A stretch of 64,000 nucleotides of DNA, from IMG/VR virus record IMGVR_UViG_2595698902_000001, positions 64,001-128,000 of that record; one strand, 5' to 3'. Below are positions 1-10,331 of this stretch, piece after piece. Both the position numbers and the translations under genes were made by a program. The DNA is from a virus. Its lineage: Duplodnaviria > Caudoviricetes. The notes beneath the pieces were generated by a model. It was not told where the DNA came from. It searched no databases and was given only the letters and a program-made list of their open reading frames with translations. Position 1 is the stretch's first letter; every line of letters starts with the position of its first letter.

Positions 1-16
1 TTACCTTCGTGTAATT

Positions 17-382
17 TCATTGTTTTGTGTATCCGAAAATTGGCGCAAATTCGTAAGGCGTCATGGTGACGCGAGCGATCAGGGTTTCCGACTCTTCCTC
101 ATACAGCAGGAAGCAATTCCAGTGGAAAACAAGTTGGAAACTATGCAGCACTCGGGATTCCAAAGTGTCGATCAGCATGTTCAGCGATTCGCTGGTGGCA
201 ACCAGATCAAATTCACCGTCGTACACATGCTGGATGCACTGTTGCAGAAATTCCTGAAACTGCGCAAGGCGCGGATCAGTATCGTCCACGCCATGCACGT
301 CAAACGCTATCAGGTGGATGGGAGAACCTTCTAGATTTTCACACCCTTCTTCTTCCAATATTTCGCCTGTTTCAGCGCCCAT
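17..382 (-). CDS. hypothetical protein (start uncertain; overlaps the polymerase 3' end)
   Basis: 121-aa ORF co-directional with and directly downstream of the DNA polymerase. Confidence 0.55.
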   Translation of the reverse strand: MGAETGEILEEEGCENLEGSPIHLIAFDVHGVDDTDPRLAQFQEFLQQCIQHVYDGEFDLVATSESLNMLIDTLESRVLHSFQLVFHWNCFLLYEEESETLIARVTMTPYEFAPIFGYTKQ

Positions 383-3282
383 TCGGGTCCGTCCTCTTTC
401 ATACGGCTCATGATTAGTTTCATTGTCTTCTTAACGTCCACGTCGTACTTGAGCACGTCGCGCTGGCCTTCCAGAGTCTTTTTCAGAATCGTATCAAGGC
501 TGTCCTTGTCTTTCATCCCGAAATCACCAGTGAGCGAATAGTTCCAGCCTTCGCACTGGTCGAGCGCATAACCAAATTCAAAGTCGATTGCCAACGGAAT
601 GTCGAACTTGAATCCATGACGTTCAATCATCTGTTCTTCCACAGCAGAAGTCAGACCTTTTTCGATCATGGTAATTGCAAGCCAAACGTCCTCGTATGCG
701 CAACTGAATTCGAGGGAGTCGTGTACGCTGTTCGCCTGAATGAAATCAGGATAATGGCCGGTCTTTTGGTAATGCTCAAAACGCTGGCGTTCAATCTGCC
801 GTGCGCCTGTCATCATAAAGTCAGAACCCATGCCCTGTACTGGACTGTTTACAGATTGACGCTCAGAACGCGACAGGATGTTGCCCGCGTCTTCGTGTGA
901 TTGCGGAGTCATCAGGCCCCACAGGTTACGACGACGGCCAAGCGGCGATTCCACATACAGGAATTTTCGTGCATGTTCTTTGATCTTGTCGAACCAACCT
1001 GCTCCCACCGGGAAGCGTTTAAAGAACTTGGTTGTCAGATCACGAACCATTTCCACCGTGGCGTCAATCGCCTTGGCAGTACCCTTTTCACCCTGTTGGT
1101 AAATCAGACCGAAAATTACCTGCTTAACGCTGTCCCGTTTCGGCTTCTCAATTTTCTCAATTGGAATTCGGAAGAAGAACGATGCGTTAACCTTGTGAAT
1201 GTCACCCTTGAGTTCCCATTCCTGCCCGAGTTCCTTGTTAGGTGCGGTGCGGAAACGGTCGCGCAAATCCATACCAACACGGAATGCTTTTGCTACATCT
1301 TTGTCGCCGGAAATCAGCGACCAGCAACGGACTTCGTGAACCGCATAGTCCACCTTGATAATGATTCGGCCTTTCGGCGAAACAAAAAGACGTTTGATCA
1401 GCTTACCCATTTTGCTTCGCGTTGGAATCGTCTGCAAAGTAGGATCGCGTGCCGATGTTCGACCGGTCACAACGTCAAGGTAGCCAAAGCGTGGCCGCAT
1501 ACAACGGTCATAACGGAAGTCTTCATCCTCCGACCACTTCTTAATAAAGCTTTTGACGTATGCGTTGTACAGCTTCTCGATTTTGGTCAGCTCGGTGAAC
1601 AAGGCAATCTCAGGAACATCCTTATATTTCTTCTGGAAGTCCTTGTCGATTTTGCCCTTGCCTTTCTTGTTGACCGACAGCGGTTTCAGCTTGAGCACTT
1701 CAAAGAACAAAAGCTCTTTGTGCTCGGATTTCCTGATGCTGAATAGCTGGGTTTTCGTGCGACCGAACAGGCCCATAGACGGCACGCCTGCGCGCTTCGC
1801 CAAAAGCTTGTTGGCTTTCTGCACACCCTCGGACGCATACAGCTCTTTGACGACGCGGTTACGTTCCTTAACAATGTGCGAATCTTTCGACTTCAACTGG
1901 AACAGCCAATCGATATCAACGAACGAACCGTTGAATTCAAGGTTGCTCAGCGTGTGAATCTGGTCGCTCAATTGGTGCGATACTACAGATTCGTATTTCT
2001 TGTAGCCAATTGTCTTAGCGTATTTCATTTGCAGACGATGAATATGCAGCAGCACGATCACGTCCACGGCCATGTACGTAAGCACCGGCCCTTCTAGTTC
2101 CATGTCCGCGATGAACGCCCGCTGCTCTTTACCGAAATCGGATTCGTAGTAAGCGCGACAGCCGTACTGCATCGTGATATTCAAAAGCGAATAATAGTTC
2201 CGCCCTGTAATACCGCGAATCGCTTTGTGGTTTTCATCCTTGGCAAACTCCGCCGCGATAACACACCACAGGCGGGTTTTGAACCAACGCACCCCGAGGT
2301 CACGACGCGCTGCAATCAGGTCGAACGCGGCGTTAGCGTAGAGGTTGTATTTGTTCTTGGATTTGTACTCGAAGTAATCCCGCAATTCCTTTTTGATATA
2401 CTCCAGCTCTTTCGGCAAGAACGGCGTATCCTTGTGGAACAGAGGGAGGATGAATGCCCTGCCGGTTTCCGTCGCAAACTGATACGTTACCGTATAGTTT
2501 TTTCGCCGGTTAAGCGACCGGGACTCGGTGTCGATAGCCACCACTTCGGCGTTGATAATCACCTTCATCATTTTGTCGAATTTCTTAATCGTATCTACCA
2601 TCACGATTTCATAATCCAACTTCGGAACCTTGTACATCAACTTGCCGTCATTGAGGGCAGTAGTCAGGTTCCGCGACACGTAACCAGCAGCCGCCATCGT
2701 TTCGTCGTCTTTCTGCAACGAACGAAGCGACAGGGTAGAAACGTGTTTGAATTTGTGGCGTTTGTCTTTGTGCGTAACCGTGGTTGAAATCGGCACGCCA
2801 TAGAAGTGTTGCCACTGAATGCCTTTGTTGCCGACGTGTTGCGAAATGTAATCGCCGTTTAGTGCTTTGGTCGGATCAGGTCCGAACGTTACAACGGTGT
2901 CCGGTTTGTAAGTGGTGATAATGTATTCAAGACGTTTCTTGAATTCCGCATGTGCAATTTCCATGAACGCAGGCACACCGCCTACGGTCTTAAAGCTGTG
3001 ATAGGAAATCGCCAACCAATTGTAATCGTCAAGCTTGTTCGGGGCCTTGTTGTAATCCTCAGCAGCCCATATCAGGTTGCCGAACAAATCCCCTGTAGCG
3101 CCATCGAAAATTTTCTTTCGACGGAGTGCCTCCCCCGGCATGTAGTCCAAAACAAACAGAATTTTCCCACGCGGCTTTTTGGTTGTGTGCTTCGCCAGTT
3201 GTACGTCATCGAAGCCGGTAACGTCGTACTGCCTTAGCGCCTTGCCGTATTTGTGGGTAAACTCTACATATTCATACTTCAT
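331..3282 (-). CDS. polA: Family A DNA polymerase with 3'-5' exonuclease and N-terminal uracil-DNA-glycosylase-like domain
   Basis: ExoI VAIDTES; TGRTSARDPTLQTIP; motif A KVDYAVHEVR; motif B RDSVKQVIFGLIY; motif C VHDS; N-terminal KILFVLDYMPGEALRRKKIFDGATG resembles the UDG family 4/SPO1-polymerase N-domain. Confidence 0.95.
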   Translation of the reverse strand: MKYEYVEFTHKYGKALRQYDVTGFDDVQLAKHTTKKPRGKILFVLDYMPGEALRRKKIFDGATGDLFGNLIWAAEDYNKAPNKLDDYNWLAISYHSFKTVGGVPAFMEIAHAEFKKRLEYIITTYKPDTVVTFGPDPTKALNGDYISQHVGNKGIQWQHFYGVPISTTVTHKDKRHKFKHVSTLSLRSLQKDDETMAAAGYVSRNLTTALNDGKLMYKVPKLDYEIVMVDTIKKFDKMMKVIINAEVVAIDTESRSLNRRKNYTVTYQFATETGRAFILPLFHKDTPFLPKELEYIKKELRDYFEYKSKNKYNLYANAAFDLIAARRDLGVRWFKTRLWCVIAAEFAKDENHKAIRGITGRNYYSLLNITMQYGCRAYYESDFGKEQRAFIADMELEGPVLTYMAVDVIVLLHIHRLQMKYAKTIGYKKYESVVSHQLSDQIHTLSNLEFNGSFVDIDWLFQLKSKDSHIVKERNRVVKELYASEGVQKANKLLAKRAGVPSMGLFGRTKTQLFSIRKSEHKELLFFEVLKLKPLSVNKKGKGKIDKDFQKKYKDVPEIALFTELTKIEKLYNAYVKSFIKKWSEDEDFRYDRCMRPRFGYLDVVTGRTSARDPTLQTIPTRSKMGKLIKRLFVSPKGRIIIKVDYAVHEVRCWSLISGDKDVAKAFRVGMDLRDRFRTAPNKELGQEWELKGDIHKVNASFFFRIPIEKIEKPKRDSVKQVIFGLIYQQGEKGTAKAIDATVEMVRDLTTKFFKRFPVGAGWFDKIKEHARKFLYVESPLGRRRNLWGLMTPQSHEDAGNILSRSERQSVNSPVQGMGSDFMMTGARQIERQRFEHYQKTGHYPDFIQANSVHDSLEFSCAYEDVWLAITMIEKGLTSAVEEQMIERHGFKFDIPLAIDFEFGYALDQCEGWNYSLTGDFGMKDKDSLDTILKKTLEGQRDVLKYDVDVKKTMKLIMSRMKEDGPEWALKQAKYWKKKGVKI

Positions 3283-3316
3283 AGCATGACCCGCAATATG
3301 TGAACCCCATGTCCTA

Positions 3317-3327
3317 TATTTACAGTT
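3317..3327 (-). promoter_or_regulatory. phage promoter motif AACTGTAAATA upstream of the DNA polymerase
   Basis: 35 nt upstream of the ATG; the same motif recurs upstream of other replication genes. Confidence 0.7.
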
Positions 3328-3338
3328 TTCGCAGACAC

Positions 3339-3374
3339 AAAAAACCCGCCAGTCCCTAATGAGAAAGGCGGGTT
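3339..3374 (-). terminator. Rho-independent terminator
   Basis: AACCCGCC...GGCGGGTT stem followed by a U-run on the minus strand, just downstream of the ORF stop at 3380. Confidence 0.75.
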
Positions 3375-3379
3375 AGTCG

Positions 3380-3862
3380 TTAGAACAGACGCACATACCG
3401 ACAGATTTCATCGATACGGTCTTTGCACTCTTGCGGTGTTTCGTAGGCGAAGTGCTGGCGCCCCATCGTCAGCAGTGTTTCACTGGCGAGAGAGCGCACA
3501 CCTAGCTGCGTGTAAACTTCCCAGTTGATAGGAAGTTCATAAAGGCTTTTCGGCCCACCACGCAAAACTACTACGGGTTTGTGTTGGGGAGCCGCGTCGA
3601 TGAATCCCAAAAATCTAGGATGATCTTTCCACAACATCAAAGCGTATTCGGTGTCAGGAATTTCCTGAGTGGAAACGCCGTCGTCCAGCCCGTCAATCCG
3701 TGGTCCCCAAAACTCGCCAGAACCTAGACCGAAAAAGCCGAACAAATCAGACGTAAAGTGACCGGCCACCAATTGCGGGAAATTGGTAGTTAGAATCCGG
3801 TACTCTTTTCCGTTCACCTTGAGGTAGGCGTAGTGAAGCGCGATTTCACTACGCGTCATCAT
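3380..3862 (-). CDS. hypothetical protein
   Basis: 160-aa ORF, overlaps the upstream stop, followed by a terminator. Confidence 0.75.
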   Translation of the reverse strand: MMTRSEIALHYAYLKVNGKEYRILTTNFPQLVAGHFTSDLFGFFGLGSGEFWGPRIDGLDDGVSTQEIPDTEYALMLWKDHPRFLGFIDAAPQHKPVVVLRGGPKSLYELPINWEVYTQLGVRSLASETLLTMGRQHFAYETPQECKDRIDEICRYVRLF

Positions 3863-4226
3863 CGCCGCTTTCCTCGTTTGTTTCGGGGCGCACGCTCACC
3901 GGATTCGGAATCGGATTCGGCGTCGGCGTCACCGGCTTTGGGGCACGGGTACGCGTCTTAATGATTTCTGCCATTTTTTCCGGCGTCATGCTGCGGTGAT
4001 TCAGCAGGCGCTTTCCGTCCCAATACAAACCCTTCGGCAATTTGCCTTTTGGTGCGAATGGCAAACCGTTAGACGGTACGCCCGGAACGTATGCGTCTTC
4101 GCGCTCAAAAGCTTGTTTTGCGCGAATGCTTTCGCCACTCCAAATGCCGTCAATGGCACCCTTGTAAAAACCGAGGAACGCCAGCACGACCTGTTGCGCC
4201 ATCAGTTCTGCTTTACCAGTTTGCAT
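3849..4226 (-). CDS. peptidoglycan-binding-domain (PG_binding_1-like) protein
   Basis: QQVVLAFLGFYKGAIDGIWSGESIRAKQAFE matches the Q..L..LG.Y.G.iDG..G..T..A...F pattern; GGAGG RBS. Confidence 0.7.
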   Translation of the reverse strand: MQTGKAELMAQQVVLAFLGFYKGAIDGIWSGESIRAKQAFEREDAYVPGVPSNGLPFAPKGKLPKGLYWDGKRLLNHRSMTPEKMAEIIKTRTRAPKPVTPTPNPIPNPVSVRPETNEESGDDDA

Positions 4227-4268
4227 AAATCCTCCAGTGCTAAATGGGCCTTCCTTGGCCCGTGCTAC

Positions 4269-7200
4269 TTAGCGGGTTTTGTATTTGAAGTTGATTTCGG
4301 TCAACTCTTTGATCGCTTGTTCTTTGTTCGACACAGTGACGTTGCGCGCCACTTCGTTGATCTTGGAACGCAGATCAGTTTTGTTTTTACCGAAATACAT
4401 CCACTCGCCATCACTGCGCTGCCACTTCACACCACCGCCCGGAATTGCTTTGCCAATGTGTTTGACAATGGCTGGGTTAGTGCGAATGTCCACGCAAAGC
4501 ATAACGTGCTCCTCGGTGAAAATCGGGAATACACGAACGGCTTTGCGGTTGCTGCTCATGCGTTTCTGCACGGCAAAGAATGCAGGCAGCTCACTTACCG
4601 GGGCCAGCTCAAGGCTGTACCAAAGTTTGTGAGTGTTTTTCGTACCCGTTTCAAAGGCGCTGTTAAGCTTCTCGAATAGGGTGTTGAAGCGAGTGTCCAC
4701 TTCAAAGTTATCGTAGAACCACTCGTAAATCGTGTGGAACTTTTTCTTGTTGTTGACGGTGATATACGCGTAGGCCGGAGTATGCTTGAAGCCGAATTCT
4801 TTCAGGCTTACTTCCTGCTCGGTTTCCATCATGGCTTCCAGAGTTGCAAAGCCGTGGTAGTACGCCGGGTGCAGAGAAATAGACGCGACTTCTTCGTCTT
4901 CATATTCCAGCTCTTCGTCTTCCACCTCTTCCTGCATAACGCCCATGTTCGGATCGTCGGTCGGCTTGAGTTTCTTGCCGCCGCCAATCTTGATCACGCC
5001 GCCAGTATCGTAGATACCGTCGTTGAGCGGTTTGCCTTTCTTCTCGTTCTCTTCGCGCTTGTCGCCGTCCGCTTTTTCTTTCTTGATGATGCTTACGTCT
5101 TTCTTCTCTTGCGCTTCGCGGATTTTCCGCTCCTTTTCTTCCAGCTCTTCCTGAGCCTTACGCTGTTTCTCCAGACGGATATTGCGCTTGTTGTTCCGTT
5201 CCTCTTCGGTGTTGGTCGCGTCGGTCGAAACGTCGAAGTATTTCGCTTCGTGTTCCGGCGATACCGGGTTAGTAGCCATGTAGCACATGCTAACCGGGAT
5301 GTTTTGACGGGAATCCATACCAGCAGGAGGATTTTTCAGGTTCACAACGATACTGGAAATTTCCTTGCTTCCTTTCTTCTTCAAGCGGAAGCCAACAATT
5401 TTACCAGTACCCCACTCGGTCAGAGCGGGTTTAGTGCGCATCCGGGCAACGTGGTCGGCGGCAAATTCCTTGTCACGCAACAGAACTTCGACGTTTACCA
5501 GACCCCAGTTGTGCGGATCGTTTACCTGCATGTTTGGAACGAACGGACGCATTTCCATTTCTTTCGCGCCAGCCACGTTCGGAGCAGCTTCGATCACAAG
5601 CATTTCTGCTTTGTTTTTCGCACGCATTTCCGCGAATTCTTTCGCTTCCACGGAGTTCAGGGCTTTGTAGTTTGTAACCATGTCGCCGAATGGTTCATCA
5701 CGCAGACCTGCGGTAGTTGCCAGCATTTCGATACTGAGGGAAAGACGGCGATCTTCCTTCTCGGTCAATACTTCGGCATTATTCAACAAGTCTTGATACA
5801 GCGGGTTTGCAGCTTCGGTGATTCGTGCGATACCGAAAGTTTTGGAAATAACGCGAGCAAGTTTTGCAACTTCCATCGTGTTATCAGCCAGTACCCAGTC
5901 GAGGAACACAACGTCACGGGTAAGACCGCCAGTGCCTTTCGCCGCTTCAATTGCGCCCTTAGCGTCTGGTCGCCATACACGGGCTGCGGTTTGGTTCAGT
6001 GCGCCCGGACCCCAAGGGGCTTCGGCACGAATCATACGCGATGCCAATTGCAGGTTGTGACCTTCGGACATGCCCTGTTCGTTGGCGATCAGAATCTGAA
6101 TTTTGTCATCAGTTTTAAACTGGTTAAACATCTTGACTTTATCAGGTTCGTCACCAGTGAACTTCACAGCTTGATCTTTGTAGTTCGGCGGCAACGCATC
6201 GTAAACAGCGGACGCGGAGTGGTTGAAACGGGTGATAATGATCAGCTTGCCGCGAGGCTCAGCTTTCCAATATTCGCTGTTTTCGTCAGGCGGCAGACCG
6301 ATTTGCGAATCCGGCAATTTAACGCGAATTTCGCCGTCGGTGTATTTCCGCGCAACGTACAGCTGCCCGTTGTGCTCGACCAGATCAAGCTCGACGTATT
6401 GCTTATTGCGCTTCCACTGGTCAGGGTTGAAGTGCTTGTGAACGAGGTTAGCGATATACGACGCTTTCCGCGAAACAAAACCTTCGCCCATGTCGCCGAA
6501 TACTTCTTCAAACGCAGGATCGTACTGCGGAGCAATAATCAGACGCTCGAAACGTGCGAGGTGTTTCTCCCACATTTTCTGCGACAGATGCTCGCCAGCA
6601 AAGTCTTCGTCGTTATCCTCAAACTTATTGTCGCCTGCTGGGCCATCGTCTTCGGAGTCCCGGTCAACTTCGCGATCCAGCTCTTTGTTAGCAGCCTTTT
6701 CCGCTTTCTCTTTCTGAATCATCAAGTTTGCAATTTGTTCTGTGGTTTGTTTCAGAACAAGTTTGTACAGCTCTTCGTGCAAACGTTGCTGTTCGATTTC
6801 TGCCGGAGTAGTACCGTCCACGCCGTCGAAGTCCACCATTGGAACCGGGTGGAAACTCTCAATTGCAGACGGCAGCATGTAAGCCCAATCCTTTTTGTTT
6901 TTCACAATAAAGGAAATGTAGTTACTCAGCTTATCCACTGCGCGCTTACCGTTGAGCGGGGTAAACGTACCGATAACACGATCACCGGCTTTTACCACAC
7001 TTTCTTGTGCGTCGGCGTTCGGGTTAATGTTTGCAATGTCGCCAGCACGGAAAACGTGCGGAGCTTTCAGTGCAATTTGACCTTCGATATCCTTTGCACG
7101 GTCAGGCATGATCGTACCGGTCAACAGGCGCAACCATTTAACCGTAGTCGAAGTGGTCAGAGCCTTAACCGCACGGTGACGCGCAGACGTGAAGTTTTTC

Positions 7201-10200
7201 AGGTTGTGCGATTCGTCAATTGCCACGTAGGTCGGAGCAATACGGCGAATCATTTCGAGGTTTTGCGACAGACGAATCTGCGTAGAACCTACGCTGACTT
7301 TTACGGTACGGCCACCGATGAAAGTCATGGAAGTGATGAAAATGGTGTTTGGTGGAGCGGCCAGAGCAGCTTCCATCAGACGTTTTTCGCCCCAACGCTT
7401 GAGCGTACCGGCGGTAATCGGGAACGGGTTCCAGTTAGAGCCGAGGAAATACTTCATTTCATCACACCACGTCGGCACCAGACCGTTCGGGCAGATGATC
7501 AACGGAACCACTTTAGCGCCACCAGCCGCCGCCATATCCTGCATCAGGCAGGTAATGTCGATAACGCCTTGACCGGTTTTACCGCCGCCCGGAGCCACCG
7601 CAATAATTGCGAAGCTTGGCGGATTTTCTTTACGCAGATAACGCTGAATATCTTCTTGGTGCGGGAAGATTGCGCGAGCATCTTTGGTTTCCAGACCGGG
7701 AACCTTGATATCGTCGGCGCTGAAAGATTCGTCGGGTTGAATCGACTTCACTTGCGCTTCCGCTTCCGCGAAAATGGTTTCAGAATTCGGTGCGTATTTG
7801 CCGAGCATCAGGGAGAACGGCAGAACATCACGGAAAATCTGAGTGTTCGTTTGCGGGTGCAGCTGTGGAACGATATGACGCGAACCTTCCTGATCCGGCC
7901 ACGGACCGAAATCGAGGTTTACATCAGCGCCTTTTGCATCCAGCCAGTGCTCTTGCGGAACGCTGTTAATTGCGTCCAGCATTTGCTTGTAAACCTGACC
8001 GCCGAAATAGGTGAACAGTTTCGCGAAATCAGCAGTAGTCGAAGACGACGCACGGAAATAGTTCGGGTGATTTTCCAATTCGTCTTCAACTTCAATCGAA
8101 GTCGGAACGGTGTCGGCAGTTTTCAGCGAATCGTAGGTTTCTTTCCAGATGAAAGTACCTTGCTTGCCCGACGCTGCGTCAACAGCCGCAAAGAACAAAC
8201 TGTTGATAACCGATTGAGGTTCGTGCGAGAACCGTTCGATTACAGTGCCGTCTTCATTCAGGAAAGTTTTGTAACGGGTGAGGGCGTCGTGGCCTTCGGT
8301 CGGCAGTTTGGTGTAACCGAGGTTGCGCATTGCGGCTGCCAAAAGTTCCGGCAATTGCGGAACAATTTTATCACCGTAAGCGACACGCATATACGCACGT
8401 TGCAGACCAACGAAAACTGGCGCATTGGTGAATTTTGTTGCTTCGCCCAGCGAACCGTAAACCATTTCTGCTTGTGCGTAAGCAGCCATAGTGTGGTCAG
8501 GACGGTTAATGGTGAACATCGCTTGCGCAAAAGTACGCTTTACCGGACGCTCGCCTTCCTTCGCCATGTTGTAACCGAGCCAATCCGCAATTGCCAGCGA
8601 ATCAGTGCTAACGGCGCCAACTTGGTGAGTGGTGGTAACGGCGCCAGCAGTTTTACCTGCTACGGCATTCAAACCAAAGTCCCAGTCGTAACCGAGAGTA
8701 CAGCCGTTAAAACCTTCGATTTGAGCACGCAGTTTTTCCAGACGTTCCAATTCCTGCGGATCGACATGCGGCCAGAATGCAGCATACGGCGACCGCATAT
8801 AGGCAGCAACGGTCATTTCGTTGCGAGCGATAATGTCGAGGAATTCGTCCGAAATTCGTTCGTGCTCTTCGGACAGTTTACTTTTGGTCAGAGTTTCCGC
8901 GTCTGGACGAACACTCAGAGTACCGTTGCTCTGAATGAACATACCGTCAGCGTTACCCTTGGTTTTTTCAACCGAGAATCCGTTTTGCGCACGCAGCGCC
9001 GGAATCTTTTTCAGGGTAGAGGCGCTGGTGGTGTAGCGCGGAATGTTTTCGATCTTGATCGCTGCGGTGTTGTGCAGGTCGTAAGTGATCTTGGTTTTCT
9101 TCGCACGCATTACCTGCGAAATGTACACGCTAAACCATGCGTTTGCACGCGACAGGCTAACGGTTTCCGATTCGGCAGATTGCGTAACGAAATGCGCAAT
9201 ATCAGCTTCCAGCGTATAGCGAATTGCAGTGCGCAGGGTAACGTTCAGCAGTTCGGCTTCAAGCGCGATATGCTCAGGATCGTTTATCAGTTCGTTAATG
9301 CGACCGTTAATGGTGTGCGCACCGGCAGCATCATTGGTGGCGGCTTTGCGGGTTTCCCGCGCCAGTTCCTGCACTTTTCTGCTTGGCTGTTTCAGCACTT
9401 CAATTTGCAGGAATTGTTCTGCAAGCGGATTCGCCAAAACCATATCGGTAACAATGTCGCCGCCACTTGGCAGTTTAATGCCGGTGTGTTTCAGCCAGAT
9501 TGCTTCGATATCGGTAAACTTGGTGTCGATTGGAATGCCGCGATGAATCAACCGCTCGCTAACGGCAGTGGTGCCGAACAGGAAAACGTTGATTTCTTTT
9601 GCAGCTTCCAGAATAGCCAAACCTACCGGAGACTGCCAGCGACCACGACGACTATCGTTTACGAAATAGTTGTCTTTTCCACCTTCGCGCAGTTTGTGCT
9701 CAGGGTTGGTGTTTGCGTCTTCTTTACCAAAGAACGGCGCAGGCAAACCTTCTGCCGGGTCTTCACCGTCACCCATCATCACGATATCCAGACCGCCCGG
9801 ATAACGCTTAGAGCGCAGGATGGTATGGAAATCGGTTTCAGGACGGCGCGAAGCACGAACGAAGTTATCTACCTCGGTAAGGATCGATTTCGATTCGCGC
9901 TTGCCTTCAAAAATCTTGACGAAGATTTCCGAAATCAGACGTTCGCGTTGTTCCTCGTTGTAGCTCGACAGAGTGTTCGCGTAGAACATGCAGGCCCGCA
10001 TAAAGCGGAAAAACATGTTTACGTTGGACGTTACGTCGGCCAGCGATTCCAGAACAGGCAGCATGAAATCGCGGCCAGCCTTGGGGAAAAAGAACGATTC
10101 AAATTCGGCGTTACGCGATGGTTCCAGCGATACGGTACGCAGCGCTTTTACAAAGTTGGATGCGGTTTCCGACAAAGAACCTTTGCCTTCGCCGTCACCT

Positions 10201-10331
10201 TCATCGCCTTCGTCTTCCCCGTCGTCTTCATCAGAAGCCGCGAAAGCGTGATACAAATCTTCTTCCATTTCTTGTACTTGACCGCGCACGGCAGCGGCCA
10301 GCGGAGTCTCATTCCAGTTAGCACGTTTCAT
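4269..10331 (-). CDS. giant SNF2/SF2-family helicase-like ATPase (~2020 aa)
   Basis: Walker A APGGGKT, motif Ia LIICPNGLV, DESH, LLTGT, EGHNLQ, QTAARVWR; start placed at the ATG overlapping the upstream stop (ATGA). Confidence 0.88.
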   Translation of the reverse strand: MKRANWNETPLAAAVRGQVQEMEEDLYHAFAASDEDDGEDEGDEGDGEGKGSLSETASNFVKALRTVSLEPSRNAEFESFFFPKAGRDFMLPVLESLADVTSNVNMFFRFMRACMFYANTLSSYNEEQRERLISEIFVKIFEGKRESKSILTEVDNFVRASRRPETDFHTILRSKRYPGGLDIVMMGDGEDPAEGLPAPFFGKEDANTNPEHKLREGGKDNYFVNDSRRGRWQSPVGLAILEAAKEINVFLFGTTAVSERLIHRGIPIDTKFTDIEAIWLKHTGIKLPSGGDIVTDMVLANPLAEQFLQIEVLKQPSRKVQELARETRKAATNDAAGAHTINGRINELINDPEHIALEAELLNVTLRTAIRYTLEADIAHFVTQSAESETVSLSRANAWFSVYISQVMRAKKTKITYDLHNTAAIKIENIPRYTTSASTLKKIPALRAQNGFSVEKTKGNADGMFIQSNGTLSVRPDAETLTKSKLSEEHERISDEFLDIIARNEMTVAAYMRSPYAAFWPHVDPQELERLEKLRAQIEGFNGCTLGYDWDFGLNAVAGKTAGAVTTTHQVGAVSTDSLAIADWLGYNMAKEGERPVKRTFAQAMFTINRPDHTMAAYAQAEMVYGSLGEATKFTNAPVFVGLQRAYMRVAYGDKIVPQLPELLAAAMRNLGYTKLPTEGHDALTRYKTFLNEDGTVIERFSHEPQSVINSLFFAAVDAASGKQGTFIWKETYDSLKTADTVPTSIEVEDELENHPNYFRASSSTTADFAKLFTYFGGQVYKQMLDAINSVPQEHWLDAKGADVNLDFGPWPDQEGSRHIVPQLHPQTNTQIFRDVLPFSLMLGKYAPNSETIFAEAEAQVKSIQPDESFSADDIKVPGLETKDARAIFPHQEDIQRYLRKENPPSFAIIAVAPGGGKTGQGVIDITCLMQDMAAAGGAKVVPLIICPNGLVPTWCDEMKYFLGSNWNPFPITAGTLKRWGEKRLMEAALAAPPNTIFITSMTFIGGRTVKVSVGSTQIRLSQNLEMIRRIAPTYVAIDESHNLKNFTSARHRAVKALTTSTTVKWLRLLTGTIMPDRAKDIEGQIALKAPHVFRAGDIANINPNADAQESVVKAGDRVIGTFTPLNGKRAVDKLSNYISFIVKNKKDWAYMLPSAIESFHPVPMVDFDGVDGTTPAEIEQQRLHEELYKLVLKQTTEQIANLMIQKEKAEKAANKELDREVDRDSEDDGPAGDNKFEDNDEDFAGEHLSQKMWEKHLARFERLIIAPQYDPAFEEVFGDMGEGFVSRKASYIANLVHKHFNPDQWKRNKQYVELDLVEHNGQLYVARKYTDGEIRVKLPDSQIGLPPDENSEYWKAEPRGKLIIITRFNHSASAVYDALPPNYKDQAVKFTGDEPDKVKMFNQFKTDDKIQILIANEQGMSEGHNLQLASRMIRAEAPWGPGALNQTAARVWRPDAKGAIEAAKGTGGLTRDVVFLDWVLADNTMEVAKLARVISKTFGIARITEAANPLYQDLLNNAEVLTEKEDRRLSLSIEMLATTAGLRDEPFGDMVTNYKALNSVEAKEFAEMRAKNKAEMLVIEAAPNVAGAKEMEMRPFVPNMQVNDPHNWGLVNVEVLLRDKEFAADHVARMRTKPALTEWGTGKIVGFRLKKKGSKEISSIVVNLKNPPAGMDSRQNIPVSMCYMATNPVSPEHEAKYFDVSTDATNTEEERNNKRNIRLEKQRKAQEELEEKERKIREAQEKKDVSIIKKEKADGDKREENEKKGKPLNDGIYDTGGVIKIGGGKKLKPTDDPNMGVMQEEVEDEELEYEDEEVASISLHPAYYHGFATLEAMMETEQEVSLKEFGFKHTPAYAYITVNNKKKFHTIYEWFYDNFEVDTRFNTLFEKLNSAFETGTKNTHKLWYSLELAPVSELPAFFAVQKRMSSNRKAVRVFPIFTEEHVMLCVDIRTNPAIVKHIGKAIPGGGVKWQRSDGEWMYFGKNKTDLRSKINEVARNVTVSNKEQAIKELTEINFKYKTR

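Noticed and set aside
331-3282. Possible intron or intein in the polymerase (also checked helicase and gyrase)
   Set aside because: The ORFs are continuous with normally spaced motifs, and no intein C/S...HN-C/S/T or LAGLIDADG blocks were seen.
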